From the NCBI GenBank assembly GCA_965153285.1, contig OZ229126.1: a stretch of 64,000 bases of DNA; one strand, written 5' to 3'. The DNA is from Podarcis tiliguerta (lineage: Eukaryota). The translations under genes and the position numbers were made by a program. Under the pieces are notes generated by a model. The model had not been told where the DNA came from, did not search any database, and worked only from the letters and a program-made list of their open reading frames with translations. This document shows, piece by piece, positions 51,801 to 64,000 of this stretch; within the stretch, counting starts at the first letter, position 1, and every line of letters starts with the position of its first letter.

Positions 51801-54800
51801 CCAGAGTGTTGGGAGTGAGGAGATTTCACCCCTCCCATTCCAAGAATCTGCTGATGTTCTCTGCTGATTTTCCAGAGAGGAGGGGGGCAGTTACTGCTCA
51901 CTACTTATTCCGCTCCAGCCTCACATCAAAGAGAGAGACTGAGTGTTAGAGAGACAGAGTGTTATCTCTGTATAGATAAGGTTGCTGCTAAGAGCAGCTG
52001 CAGACACTCAGTGCAGCTCAGCTTCTTCATTTAGCTCTGTATATAGTTTGCATGATAGTTGTAGATAGAATAAAAGTAGTTATTCTACAGAGCTGTTCTC
52101 CGAGTGGCTTATGCTCTGCTGTACTCTGCTGTGCAACGACTGTCTTCGGAAGTGAATCCGGTGCTCACAACTCTGAGTTGTGAGTCCACAGCACTTTGAC
52201 CTGTTCCTGTGCAGAAGGTGGTCTCTGGAAGTGCTACCCCAGCTCGCCTGGCCCAGAGAGTGGCTGAAGTGGATGAGTCGGTGGCACTGGCTCAAGGGCG
52301 ATGCTGACAGGGAGAACCCCCAGAAAAGATTTGGAGGGGAATGTGTGGGGTGCACAGAGGGTGGAGAGGAAGGAAAAGTTCCGTTGTATGAGCAGAAGTT
52401 GTTCTGCTTGTGCAACATTTTCATTGGATATAACCCACAATACATGTTCAACTCTAGGAAGCCTCTTAAGGCTGAGGACTGAAAGAAAGAGATTTACTTC
52501 TATTCAGTTACTGTGAAAAGTGGAATCAGTAAATGTTGTTGCAGTGAGCAGTGTTCATACCTGGGTCTGGATATCATCCCCTGTAACAATGTTCCCAACG
52601 GCTCGCAAAGCAGGAGATACCACTTTGTAGTCATTATGCCTAAAAAGGGGGGAAAAGAAAGGCTTCAGTTTAACAGAGTCTAATGTTATTTGTTTCATAG
52701 TCACGTCTTCAACTGTTGTGTCTTGCTGCCAGGGTGCAAGGCCACTGCGTTCTATTTATTCCTTTGTTTCTTTAAGTAATATGGACATAATAACCACTGT
52801 TCCTGCAATGTGGTTCAAAACGGGTGGCTTTGGGCCCCAAATAATGTATTCACACCTGCACTTTCAGCAAGAAATAAAAGCCAAGGCCAGCCTGACATGA
52901 CGGCAAGTAAAAGGACAACGTTTAATAGACTTGCTTGATTAAATAAATTTGCTTGATCTAAAGTCCTTACATGAGGAGTTCCACAAGTCTCCTACATACT
53001 CCTGCATCAATCACAGCCTGGATTTTATCATTGGGTCCATCAGACAAGTATGAGAGTGCCCAACACGCATCTGCTAGGACATCTGTGTCGTTGACAAAGA
53101 GCAGCCATGACAGCACACTCAGACAGGGTGAGACCTACAAAGAAATGAGAGGGGTGAAAAACCAATGGAATAAGCATGCCTGTCATCACAATTACTACTA
53201 TGTGCAACAAAGGACCTAAACCAGTGTTTCTCAAACTTGGTCCCCCAGCTGTTGTTGGACTACAACTCCCATCACCCCATCTGGAAGAATACATGACAGC
53301 AAACATTTTTTAAAAAAGAGGTAATAATAATAATTTTTATTTATACCCCGCCCTCCCCAGCCAAGGCCGGGCTCAGAGCGGCTTGATGAGAACTTTGTTT
53401 CCTTAAAAGCCTCCAGATATTTAAGAAGGCTGCTCCAGAAAGGAATGTTGTAAACTCCTTTTCTTATCCACAAAAGGCAACGCTTTTCAGTCCATATTTC
53501 CTACCTTAGCAAAGTCCGGGGGAGGATTCTTTCCTCTGCAAAGATTAGAGAGTGCCCACACAGCATTCCGAGTCATGGTGAGACGATTCTGTTTGGAAAG
53601 CAATCTGAAAATACAAAAAAGAGAAAAAAGTATTGCAACAGAAAGCTTACGAGAAGAAGAGGACACTGAACACAAACTACCAGGTATCTGCTTTCTAACT
53701 TGAAATCATGCTTATAAAAGAAAACCCTGTTAAATTCCCATAGTTACAGTGGTACCTCGGTTTTCGAATGTCTCCGCTGACAAATGTTTCGGTATTCGAG
53801 TGCTGTAAACCTCAGAAGTAAATGCTTCAGTTTTCGAACGTGCCTCGAAAGTCGAACTGGAAACGCAGCTTCCGTATTGAGTTTCCCGTACTGAGATTTC
53901 TGTTTTGAGTTTTCAAACTTTTTGAAACTCAAACGGTCTTCCGGAACGGATTATGTTCAAAAACCGAGGTACTACTGTATTTTTTATTCCCAAGAAGTTC
54001 AGGAGGAAATGTCATGCTTTCACAGAATGACATGGGGTGTGTGGGTGTGTGCAAGTATAGGAACACCCCCTATGCGCACAATCCTAACTATGTTTACTCA
54101 GAAGTAAGTCCCTAAAATTCAGTTGGGCTTACTCCTATGTTAGTGGAATCAGGATTCCAGCCTAAGCTTACCTTTCGCTTGTAGGGCTGGCCAAATGATG
54201 AAATATTTTCTCCTCTCTATGCATCCTTCCCAACAGACTACATTAAAGCAATAAATATCAACTACAAAGTTATCTAGGTAGAGTCAGACAATAAGTGTCT
54301 CTAATAGTTTGCACATTACACCAAATTCTTCTGCGCTAATGCAGCAGTGCTCATCTGTATGAGCACATGCACACAGACACAGACACACACAAAACCACTC
54401 CAGTCAGGGTTGTTCTACTGGACACTGCTGGCAAATAAACCTGAACACCATCTAGAAAACTTACTGCAATAGAGGGGGTAAGATGTTGCAGTCCAGCACG
54501 TAATCTCTGCACATGGTACTGTCCCCAGCAATATTGCCGAGGGCCCAAACAGCCTGAGAAAGAAGACAGGATACTGTTAGATCAACCTTCCTGAGAGTGC
54601 AACCCTCCCTTGTCCTGTATCTCAGCACCAATAATTGTCTTAACATCATATTCATATATGAGCCAGCCTGACTGCTCCCACCTATTAGTATTGAGCCAAG
54701 TCACAGCTTGCTAGATAAGTTGAGTTGTTTGAACATGAGGCAATAGGAATCATTGAGGTTCTAAAGAGTTACTGTTTCCCCTTATTTATGTATTTAAACG

Positions 54801-57800
54801 GTTTATATACTAGAATCAGAAGTGTGCACCCACCAAAAATTACACCCAGAAACACATAATACCAACACGCTGCCTTCTGCTCAGCTGCCCCTTCCCTTGG
54901 GATCCATGCAAACCAGCTAAGGAGTGGAGGCATTATTTTAACCCCAATCACAGCAATCCTTAAAACTTCTCCACTCAGCATGCTCCACAGGGATGAAAAC
55001 CAGGCCCTCCACACGCCTCCCCTGATCCAGGCTGATCAGCCAGGAGGGCTGATCTGAATTCCCCAAGACGCTGCTCTGGGCAGAGAGGTTTACACCTCCC
55101 CTCCTGCTGCGCTGTGATCAGAAGGACAAGCATGCAAACACACACGCTCAGCGGATCAGCTGGAAAGTGGCAAGCAATTTTCTTCCTGATTGCAGTGCAC
55201 GTGGAAAAACTCAGAATACACCCAGGATTTTGTGAAGAGGATGAAAAGAACTCATCCCTGTTGCCCGGATTAAGTCCATGGGCCAAAGGTTCTGCATCTC
55301 GCAAGTTAAGACTTTTGTTTGCCATCTTTTTAAACCAGATGCGCGTCAGCAGCTGGAGGACTTGAATCTAGCAATAGGAGGAAACCCAGTGGCGTGCGCG
55401 ATATGCAGCAGCCTCTATGCTATCTTGCCTTTAGAGACACTAACCTGTTCTTGCACATCTTCAAATTCTGAGCTGAGTAGCTCTATGAAGATAGGAACAG
55501 CTCCTGCTTGGATCACAATCCGAGTCTGAAGGGAATTTCCGGAGGCAATGTTAGTCAGCACCCAGGCAGCTTCAAACTGGAAGAGGAGAGAGAGAGGAAG
55601 CCATTCTTCAGCAGCGGTTTGTCTACGACATGATGCTTGGACCAGAAATCTACACTAATTTGGGGTAGTTGCCATGCCATGCACCTGGCCAGAGGTGGCA
55701 ACAAGCACAAGCCATCTAGCAGACACTTTAATCAGCTTTTCTCACACTAACATCCTGCTCATCTGCTTTCTATGTAATACACAATTCTGCAAATAATATT
55801 GCATTATCAGACAGATATGCTGCAATTAGCATTCATTAAAAAGTGTGTGCAGAAGAAAAGTGTATGCCTCTAACAGGAAGGCTACTGTGAGAACAGAATG
55901 CTGGACTAGTGGCCTATGTTCTTAATACAGGGTGTATAGGTAACAGCAGAGTCAAATGTGTACCTATTTTTCTCCTGATATCACAAACTGAAGAGCTTTG
56001 TTGGGACATAATTTGAAGGGATCATATCCCAAATTGCTTCAACATAAAAATAAAAACAAATTCCCTGGACTTTTTTTTTTAAAAAAGGTAACTAAATGCA
56101 AAGAAACACAACAGCTAACCTTGAAGACACTTAAATTTACTTTCACTGGGCACATTTTATAAAGGCAACTCAAACTGATGTAAAATGATGGCTAAGAGAG
56201 ACCTGGAATTTGATTCTTGCCTCTTTCATGAGCTCACTGTTTAAGCCTTAGGCAAGTCACTCTCAGCCATTTGTGATATCATCACCGCTCCCTCTAACTG
56301 TGACCTCAAGGTAGAGAGTGCCAAGAGAAATGGGCCAAGCTGGATCCACTCAGAAACGAGAGGGAGGTATTAGCACAGACCGGGAAACTCCTGAAGTTCA
56401 CAGACGTACAAAAAGCTCTTTTAAAAAATACAAACCTAGGGCAAAAAACCCCACTGTGTAACAACCCAGTGAAGGCAAAGTGTTGCCAGTAGCCAAAGAA
56501 TGTTGGATTTTTTTGTGGGGGAAGCAAAAAGTCTTGCACAGAGGAAACAGGTCCCTGAGCAGATGTTATTATTCCCACTTGTTCACTCCAATGGTCAACT
56601 CTGAGACAACTTGGAGCCCAAAGAGAGCATCCCCCCCTAAAAACCAGCCCAGTGAGGGCAGGGGTTGCTCAGTGGCCCGCAGGAGCCCCAGGAGTGTCCA
56701 CCGGAAAAGAGAAATGGAAAACCAGGAGTTGGGAGAAGGAGTGAATTGACTTTCTTGACCTTCTTACAGTCAAAAAATATCATGGAAGGAGGCACTGCTG
56801 GCACTCTGACCTATCAAGGCTGAAGATAAGTCTATAGCAGGCCATCTTCTCCTCGATGGAATTTCAAGGATATTTTCTAATTAACTCCCAAGGTTAAATC
56901 GACTGAGTCCTTTAGGATAGACAGCATTTATTGCAAGAGCCCACAGGCCTTTACTTAAGAAAATCCCACCTCTTTTTTTTACTTTAATTATCAAAGTCTA
57001 TTCTATAAAACTGAGGAACAGAACACACATACCTGTAAAGTGCAGTTTTCTTTCCGTTTGAGGAACTCTACAAACCTGGGCACCACTCCTGGTGTACTGA
57101 TGACCTCATCTATAGGAGGATTCGGTTCTATTGAAAGCACAAAGATACCAGAGTAGGTTTTTCCACCCTTTCAAGTGAAGCTATGTGCTTACACAAGAAA
57201 CAGATCATATCAGTTGTCCAAGGCATTCAGTTTATTACTTTACATGCAATCTTCTACACCCTCCATTCTTATACTTGGGTCTTTCATGCCTGCAATGTGA
57301 CATTTCCCATTTAGAAACAGGTAACAGCCGTTTATTGTTTTATTAATTTAACTGATACCCTAGGACCTGTCCCATAACCTGATACCCTAGGACCTGCTGC
57401 CCCACTTAAGTGTTCCAAAGCCACAGGTCCCAAAGTTTAATGACAAGATTAAAGGTAGAAACATAGCACTGTAGAGTTGGAAGGGACCCTGGGGATCATC
57501 TAGTCCAACCCCCTGCAATGCAGGAATATGCAGCTGGTCCATACAGGGATCAAACCTGCAACCTTGGTGTTATCAGCACCACGGTCTAACCCACTGAGCT
57601 AGATTAGGTAAAGGTAAAGAACTCCTGGACGGTTAAGTCCAGTCAAAGACGACTATGGGGTTGTGGTGCTCATCTTGCTTTCAGGCCGAGGGAGCCAGCC
57701 TTTGTCCACAGCCAGCTTCCCGGGTCATGACGAAACTGCTTCTGGGACAATGGAACACCGTGACAGAAACCAGAGCACACGGAAACGCCATTTACCTTCC

Positions 57801-60800
57801 CATCGAAGCAGTACCTATTTATTTACTTGCACTGGCATGTTTTCAAACTGCTAGGTTGGCAGGAGCTGGGACAGAGCAATGGGAGCTCACACGGTCGCAG
57901 GGATTTGAACCGCGGACCTTCTGATCGGCAAGCCCAATGGGCTCAGTGAAACCACAGCGCCACCTGCTGCCTAATGACAAGATTAGAAGCACCTCTATCC
58001 CTAAAACCCTTACATAACAAAGGAGAACTGGGGAATGAGGTTGCAGCACAGGCACTGCCTGTCTGACATCAGTTTTGAGTGGCTCCACCATAACATTCCT
58101 CTTCTAATAACATCCTGGATCCAAGACTGCACAGGGAGCGGAGGGCAGCTGCTCAGTGGCTGCAGTCTCCATGCTGAAGTCAGCAGGAAGGCCGTGGCGG
58201 GTTGATGATTTGTATATAACCCCACCTATTCCACCTTTGCGCACAGTGATGCCCATACAATGAACAAGACGAATATGACATAAAACACAAAAGGGTACAT
58301 AAAACAAGCAGGTAAACAACAACAACACAGAATAAAATAGCCAACTGCCAATAGTCAAAGCTGTTCCAGATCTCCCAACCATGCCCTGCTCCACTCGTCC
58401 CCCTGACCCCAGCTCGTGGGGGGTATTGGCTGGTTGTGAATGCAACTGGTGAGGAAAGGACCAACAGGGGATTCAGGGGGTTACAGAAAAGTTAGTGGCA
58501 TTCATTTATATTGGGATACAAACAGGAACAGAAGCTGAGCTTTTTCATAACTACCTCTAGCACTCACCTTTTGAGAGTAGTTTTCGGAATTTCTGGGTGG
58601 CTGAGAGCTGCTGTTCTGGACTATTGGAGAAAATCATCTCAGTCATATCAGATGTGATCACTGCACTCTGCAACGGCAAAGGAAAAATATTGTTACTTTT
58701 GCCTCAAATTTAAGGGCAAATACTTCTCAATGTGTTACTATAAAGAGGAAATGCAATGAAGGCAACTGCAAGTGCAAATGCAGAAGGGAGTGAGAGTATC
58801 TAAAATATAATTTCCTGTCTAAAATCCAGCCAGAAAAGTTCCTTCTCAAAACTACCACTGAAAACAGGAGCAGGAGATAGTGTGGCAGGGGCAAAAGGTT
58901 AAAGCAGCTCCCCCCATGGCAAGGTCCTGATTTGATCCCCCCCCCCATCAGCTATTTAACAAAAACCACCTTTGTAATCCCTAATTATGTCATATACCTA
59001 GCCCAGTTCCAAATTTATCAAAGGTATCTATGTATTCACATTGCAAAGTAAGAAAGTGAGTCTGGCTGGCACTAAAAAGCCCTAAGAACTGACTTTTTGC
59101 ATCGTTATTAATTTTTTTCATACCTGCTGGTCTGCAAACTGCTTGAAGGAAGTGGAAAAGAGGTATATCATTAAGATAGCGCCATTTGTTACTGGACAGG
59201 CTGAACAATCCAAATACCCCTTACTCCGGACCAGGGGCTAGAATGAGTGGAGGTGACTGTCAGCCCAGCTTTCCTGGCTAAGCTGGTCTCCCAAGAGTCA
59301 CCAGAGCTGACCTCCTGCTTCTGCCTGCCAAATATGCCAGGAGGAAACTGGCAGGATCCCTGCCAACAGGGGTGAACAGAGAGCCCTGAAACATTGGATC
59401 CTAAGCTGGTTCCAATGCCATCATGTTATGGTGTGGTGCCCGACCTGGGCCTGAAGACTGCACAAGATTCACTTTCTACCCTGGCCCTCATGAGCAACAA
59501 GGCTGTGTATGTGGCAATGGCCCCAGTGCTCTGTAAAGTCCCACAGGCAGGGGAAAAGTCTAGGTCGCTCCCTTAACAAGTCTTTTACAGGGCACTTTCA
59601 GTGGCAGAGTGCAGCAACCGCTGCAAAATATACACAAGTTAGGCATGTCCAAGTGATCGTAGATGAACCACTTTCCAGAGAAGTGTGTTTTGAGATTGCA
59701 GCCTTAGAAATCATAGTTGGCACTATTGGAAAAGCAAACTGAATGGAGTTGTCAAGTCTTTGCTCCACTTACAGAAGTCATTTCCATGTTATTCATTTGG
59801 GTTTCATGGAAGCCGCCATCTGACATAACTTCCTCTTCCGCTTCTTCATCAGCTGTAGCAACATTTCTGCGTTTAAACAACTGGAGAGAGATATGCAGAG
59901 AAATTACAGAGTTACAACTAACACTGTTTATACACTGAGAGAATATAACCAAAGATTTATTAAACACTATATAGAAATCATAAAGTTGGGCCACAGATCA
60001 GTGAATTCCTGGTCTCCCATGTCCTAATCTGATGTACTACACCACACAACATCAAAGTAAAACACTCTTGTGGGGAAGGTCCACACATCATCTTCTTTCA
60101 GCTATGGCGAGTTAGGTTGCAAAATAAGGCTGTAGTAGATGCTGTTTTGCCAACCACACAGCGTTCAGCATGATATGAACTCAGAGAAATGATAGTCTAG
60201 ACACTCTTGTGCTCAGATAATAGTGAGCAAAGGAGAGCTGGCGCCCAAAATATCGCTGACTTGAGGAGCGGAGATGACGACACACTGGCAGATCTTTATG
60301 TACATCCAAGGAGACAGCTTCCATCAGCCTCTGTGTTTCGTCTCTGTTGGAGCTGCTAGACTGGTCTGACAGGGTAGCCTCCTTTGGAATAGTCTTACTG
60401 CAGCAGAATCAGTCAGTTCATCAATGAGCCCATGCAGGTTCCACAGTGGCCTTGCCATGCTCAGTCTATACAGAAGTGTGTGAAACAAGGCACAGAGGCA
60501 GGAGGCAGGGAGTATAAACATGAGACTCCTGAAGGCTACATCAGAGGCAGAAGCAAGATGGTGGCTGGTGTCCAAGAATGAATCAAAGCAAGACTTGATG
60601 AAACTTGCTGTTTAAATTTATTATTAATTGATGTCATTACTTTCTATTGTTGCTTTATGATTACAAAGTTACGCTGTATGCTTAGTAGGGTATGTTTTAT
60701 CCAGGGAAACACGTGCTTTTTATTCAAACGGAGGTTTATCAAGCTAAATGTTGTCCAATCACAAAAATAACAGCAGGTTTGAATTCCTCACACAAAAAAA

Positions 60801-61110
60801 CGTATTTTTAAGACCCCTCACTGAATAAATTTGAGAAAGTAAATTTGCAAAAATTATGTTTCACGCTCTAAAATGGTATGCCCTACTCCCCCGCCCATCC
60901 AAAGTTGGGTGACACCCAAGGCAAGGGATCCTGCAATTGAATATGGGATTTCTCATTTTCATTGCCTATGGAGGAGCGTACCTGCTCCTCTCGTTTCTGC
61001 TTCCGTAGCTGGAGGCCCTCTTCCTCCCGCCGGCGGCGCATTTCATCAGGATTCAGAGACTTGTTTTTATAGCTCTTCAGTCGGAAGTTCTCTTTTCCTG
61101 AAGTTGTCAT
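45616..61110 (-). CDS. KPNA1: Importin subunit alpha-5 (karyopherin alpha 1), 538 aa, 13 coding exons
   Basis: Coding exons 60982-61110, 59773-59880, 58568-58667, 57033-57127, 55445-55576, 54465-54553, 53505-53604, 52971-53134, 52561-52639, 49884-50009, 48880-49007, 47839-48017, 45616-45803 sum to 1617 nt; starts [32 protein letters not shown] (IBB domain), ARM repeats, ends [12 protein letters not shown]; synteny with FAM162A. Confidence 0.97.
46370..46730 (-). mobile_element. Sauria SINE
   Basis: Same core as other copies, reverse orientation. Confidence 0.87.
46840..47583 (+). mobile_element. CR1 LINE 3' end interrupted by Tc2-like MITE
   Basis: [24 protein letters not shown] and [12 protein letters not shown] motifs, CTTATGTT-type tail. 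Confidence 0.8.
47103..47362. mobile_element. Tc2/pogo-like MITE
   Basis: Inserted at TA inside CR1, TA duplicated. Confidence 0.9.
47839..48017 (-). CDS. KPNA1: KPNA1 coding exon 12
   Basis: [59 protein letters not shown]. Confidence 0.96.
48880..49007 (-). CDS. KPNA1: KPNA1 coding exon 11
   Basis: [42 protein letters not shown]. Confidence 0.96.
49454..49774. mobile_element. Tigger-like MITE family B with CCGCTAAG repeat interior
   Basis: TA TSD, TIRs; interior 49590-49692 made of CCGCTAA(G) units. Confidence 0.87.
49884..50009 (-). CDS. KPNA1: KPNA1 coding exon 10
   Basis: [42 protein letters not shown]. Confidence 0.96.
51435..51570. mobile_element. hAT (Charlie-like) MITE
   Basis: Perfect 8-bp TSD tcctagag. 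Confidence 0.85.
51807..52309 (+). mobile_element. Probable solo LTR, about 500 bp
   Basis: TGTTGG...CTGACA termini, internal AATAAA at about 52069; TSD only partial (cagag/gggag). Confidence 0.5.
52561..52639 (-). CDS. KPNA1: KPNA1 coding exon 9
   Basis: [26 protein letters not shown]. Confidence 0.96.
52971..53134 (-). CDS. KPNA1: KPNA1 coding exon 8
   Basis: [54 protein letters not shown]. Confidence 0.96.
53505..53604 (-). CDS. KPNA1: KPNA1 coding exon 7
   Basis: [33 protein letters not shown]. Confidence 0.96.
53747..53977. mobile_element. Tigger-like MITE (TTTTCGAA variant)
   Basis: TA|CAGTGGTACCTCGGTTTT...AAAACCGAGGTACTACTG|TA. Confidence 0.85.
54465..54553 (-). CDS. KPNA1: KPNA1 coding exon 6
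   Basis: [29 protein letters not shown]. Confidence 0.96.
55445..55576 (-). CDS. KPNA1: KPNA1 coding exon 5
   Basis: [44 protein letters not shown]. Confidence 0.96.
57033..57127 (-). CDS. KPNA1: KPNA1 coding exon 4
   Basis: [32 protein letters not shown]. Confidence 0.96.
57452..57971 (-). mobile_element. Sauria SINE with a second SINE inserted in its tail
   Basis: 14-bp TSD TAATGACAAGATTA at 57438-57451 and 57972-57985. Confidence 0.87.
57458..57601 (-). mobile_element. tRNA(Ile)-derived SINE with CR1-type 3' tail
   Basis: TAGCTCAGTGGGTTAGACCGTGGTGCTGATAACACCAAGGTTGCAGGTTTGATCC head then GGGGGTTGGACTAGATGATCC..GGTCCCTTCCAACTCT. Confidence 0.75.
58568..58667 (-). CDS. KPNA1: KPNA1 coding exon 3
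   Basis: [33 protein letters not shown]. Confidence 0.96.
59773..59880 (-). CDS. KPNA1: KPNA1 coding exon 2
   Basis: [36 protein letters not shown]. Confidence 0.96.
60982..61110 (-). CDS. KPNA1: KPNA1 coding exon 1 (exon begins at 61115)
   Basis: [17 protein letters not shown]...QKREEQ|gtacgc; acceptor 5 nt upstream of ATG. Confidence 0.96.
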
Positions 61111-63299
61111 GATTTCTAAACAGCAATGTAATTAGAAAGAAAATATGGGTCAAAGGAGCATTTTCTGTTCTGTTCTTTTGTTCAATTGAATTTTTTATTG
61201 ACTTTAGCAATGCCCATAGATTTCTTTCCAACCCTACAAGAGGTAGAACATGTTAAAGGCAGGTATCAAGAGAGTAACTCTACCCCTAGCCCAGCAAGTT
61301 CACTTGGCTAAGACGAAGAGCAGATTAAAATAATAATTCTGATGAAGATATACTCTCGAAGTGTGGTGTCAAACATACAGGGATAAAGGCAGAAGATCTG
61401 CACTTGGGTCAATTCTTCTGCGGAACTCTTTATTAAGCCCCCTTATGTACCCCAACAGTGTTTTTAGGGAATTTCCTAATTCCTGGCCAGAGTAACCTCA
61501 AAGAGGCAAAAATTTAATATTCCTCCTGCAACATTTATTTGAATGAGTATGGCAGAGGGAAGGTTGGAAAAAGTGTTTATTCCTATGCAAGTGCTTCCAA
61601 GCGTTTGAAGGTAGCAAGCAGTGGAGAAAAACAACTTTATAGCTTTTGTAGAAGTAAGAGTGAATATAGATGTCAGATTAAGTGTCAGTTCTGGCTCCCC
61701 TTGAAGTCCACGTGGCTTCAGCAGAAAGCCTTTGCTCTACTGGTATAGAACTTATCCCCAAATAACAAACAAGACAGCAAAAATTCTGCGCAGTATTTTA
61801 GCTCATATTTGCCCTAATTTGTGTAGTCACTTAAGTCCACTACTTCTGGTCCCACTGATTTAATAACCCTGATTGAAATTATTTTTACACCCAGTTATGA
61901 GCAAACATGAGACATGTAAATGGAATTAAGTTAAACTGAGATCATGTTATTGTGATTAAGATGGTAGATTAACAGTGTTAGGCTTTTCCCACATCATGAA
62001 TTTCATTTATAGAGGGTTCTTGTAAGGCACTCCTACCACCACTCACAGAGCAGCATGACCCAGACACGGAGAGCCGTCAATCAGCTGCAAAGGAAGGAGG
62101 CAGATCTTGCCTTTCCTGGCAATCATCTCTTTTCGACTCCACCCCTGCCTGCCCCAATGCGCACTGCAATGCATCATTCCATTCTCAGAGGAACATGCTC
62201 TGCAGGCAGCAAGGGGGAGATTTCATTTCCAGGAGAAGCAGACGCCAGTTTCAAATGAGAGCTAAATATTCTCACTGTTGCAATATTCATCCACACACAG
62301 TTTGTGGCATCAAGGGAATGGAACACACAAGGTATGTGTGTGAACTTTGGGTTACAAGGGGGAAAAAGCATACCACCCATTTAGATCAGCCACATGGTTT
62401 GCTCTCTGCAGACCTAAACAACCTCAATAGTGTGTGCAACACTATGGGGACCTCTTTTTCCAATGAAGGGCTTTTGACTCATGGGAAGAGGGCAGAGCTT
62501 GCCGCATTTCAGGACTAAATACCGCTTCCTTTCTCTGTGCCACCCCACTCCTCTCCCCCACACACTCTGGGTGGTACTCTTTTACTCAGAGTAGACCCAG
62601 TTAAAATAATTAGCCACGTTCATTTGTTTAAATGGTTCTACACTGAGTAAAACTTAGTTGATGCCATACCATCTCTGCATGAGGCATGAATCAGGGTCAC
62701 AAGAAACCTGGTTAAGGATTACACATGGCTTGCAGCCCACAGCTAACCAGGTAATGTGAGAGTCAACCCTTATTCATATATATATTGAAGGTATTATCAA
62801 AGAATTATATAAAACCAAAAAGCAGAGGCAGAAATAAATCACACACTTTAAAAATTCCATAAAGCTCCAAGCTTCCCTTAATATGAAAGCAACACAAGTT
62901 ACAACTGTGTCACAAGTTGTCCATGTGTATTTGTGGTGTGCAAAAGTCCTTCATCCACATCTAAGGGGCTCAGCTTTAGAGACAAGTCATTTTGCGATAG
63001 CTCAAAAGATACAAACATGCTGGATTCAAATGTGTTCTGATCCATCATCAATGCAGCTGCTCTTATCCTCCCCTTCACCATGCAAACCCCGTTGAAAAAA
63101 TCTCTAGATGTCAGGCTACGTGGCATTTGGTACCCTCAGCTGAAGCAGGCGGGTACAAAAGGGAAGATGTACGGTACAATCTTCAATGCTTTTCCTACAT
63201 ACCCGTTCCATAAAATGGCAACGTTACATTTGCTGCTGTATCTCTTAGTTGAACAGACTGAGACATTATCAAGTTCAAGAGAAACATGCTCAAAGAATT

Positions 63300-64000
63300 G
63301 CCAGGGAAGTCGAAAACCATCATAATTAGTTTCAAAAAATAAGATTTCAAAAAGGCAAGGAGATTTAAAATAAGGAAACTAAAAGGGAGAGTCAAAAGGG
63401 TAAAATATGCTCAGAAAATCTAGAGGTTGTCTAAATCATTATCTTAGGAGTTGATTATATAGCCAAGTCTAAGATGATACCAACATGTTTCAATAGCACC
63501 ACTAGGGAAACTCTTGTTTTTAAAGGCCAGAATGCTTCCTTTAAAAATGCAGAAGTCTTGTCCAAATGGGAATTTAAAAAGAAAAGCAGAGACTCTGGAA
63601 AAACCAATATAAACTGATAAGGCACAGGAGGAATTTGTGCAAGTTGCTATAAAAGCTGGTAAGAACAGATAATAAACTTTTCTTAAAATAACTCAGAAGG
63701 AGGCTAGCAAGAGCGAAAAGGAACATTAAGTGACAAAGGAACCGAACTATTACTGAAGGAGGACAAAGAAATGAAGTGAATTCACTGCAGAAAATATTGG
63801 GACAGATTCTCACACCTGAGACACTGGTCAGAAGCAGTGAATCTTCTCAAACAGAGGTGATAAAGGATGTGCTTCAGAACTAATTGACAAGAAAGGAAAG
63901 GAAAAGAAGAACTAATTGACAACTTAAAATCAATGAGGCTGCATCATTCTGGTAATGCCTGAATAAAAGACCACCTGGAAATTCTACATACACCCATCAC
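63300..64000 (+). mobile_element. Old CR1-like LINE ORF2 fragment
   Basis: A-rich decayed coding-like sequence resembling CR1 linker region (DNKLFLK-like motif, LKINEAA..PG). Confidence 0.45.

Noticed and set aside
57530-57601. tRNA-Ile(GAT) gene
   Set aside because: Degenerate B box and acceptor stem, fused to a CR1-type tail: a SINE head.

Overview
Vertebrate (squamate, most likely lacertid lizard, judged from Sauria SINEs, BovB and young L2 copies) genomic DNA covering the conserved stefin-MIX23/CCDC58-FAM162A-KPNA1 neighbourhood. Five intron-containing genes could be reconstructed exon by exon with GT-AG boundaries and intact frames: a cystatin-B-like stefin (+, 98 aa), a second Cys-free stefin (-, 98 aa, tail-to-tail with the first), MIX23/CCDC58 (-, 144 aa), FAM162A (+, 153 aa) and KPNA1/importin alpha-5 (-, 538 aa; its non-coding first exon and promoter were not found in the window). 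Most entries in the supplied ORF track are spurious (CpG-island or repeat ORFs). Introns are dense with Tc1/mariner-type MITEs, hAT MITEs, Sauria SINEs, L2, CR1, BovB and solo LTRs, often nested. The most unusual items are: (1) a Tigger-like MITE carrying an apparently captured CpG-rich promoter/first exon with splice donor, antisense inside MIX23; (2) a Tc2-like MITE whose interior is an array of GC-rich hairpins showing compensatory changes; (3) a three-part BovB chimera (inverted 5' end plus two apparently different source copies) inside one target-site duplication; (4) a CSTB-like gene sitting at the position where mammals keep CSTA. Repeat family names are from recalled sequence signatures, not database searches.
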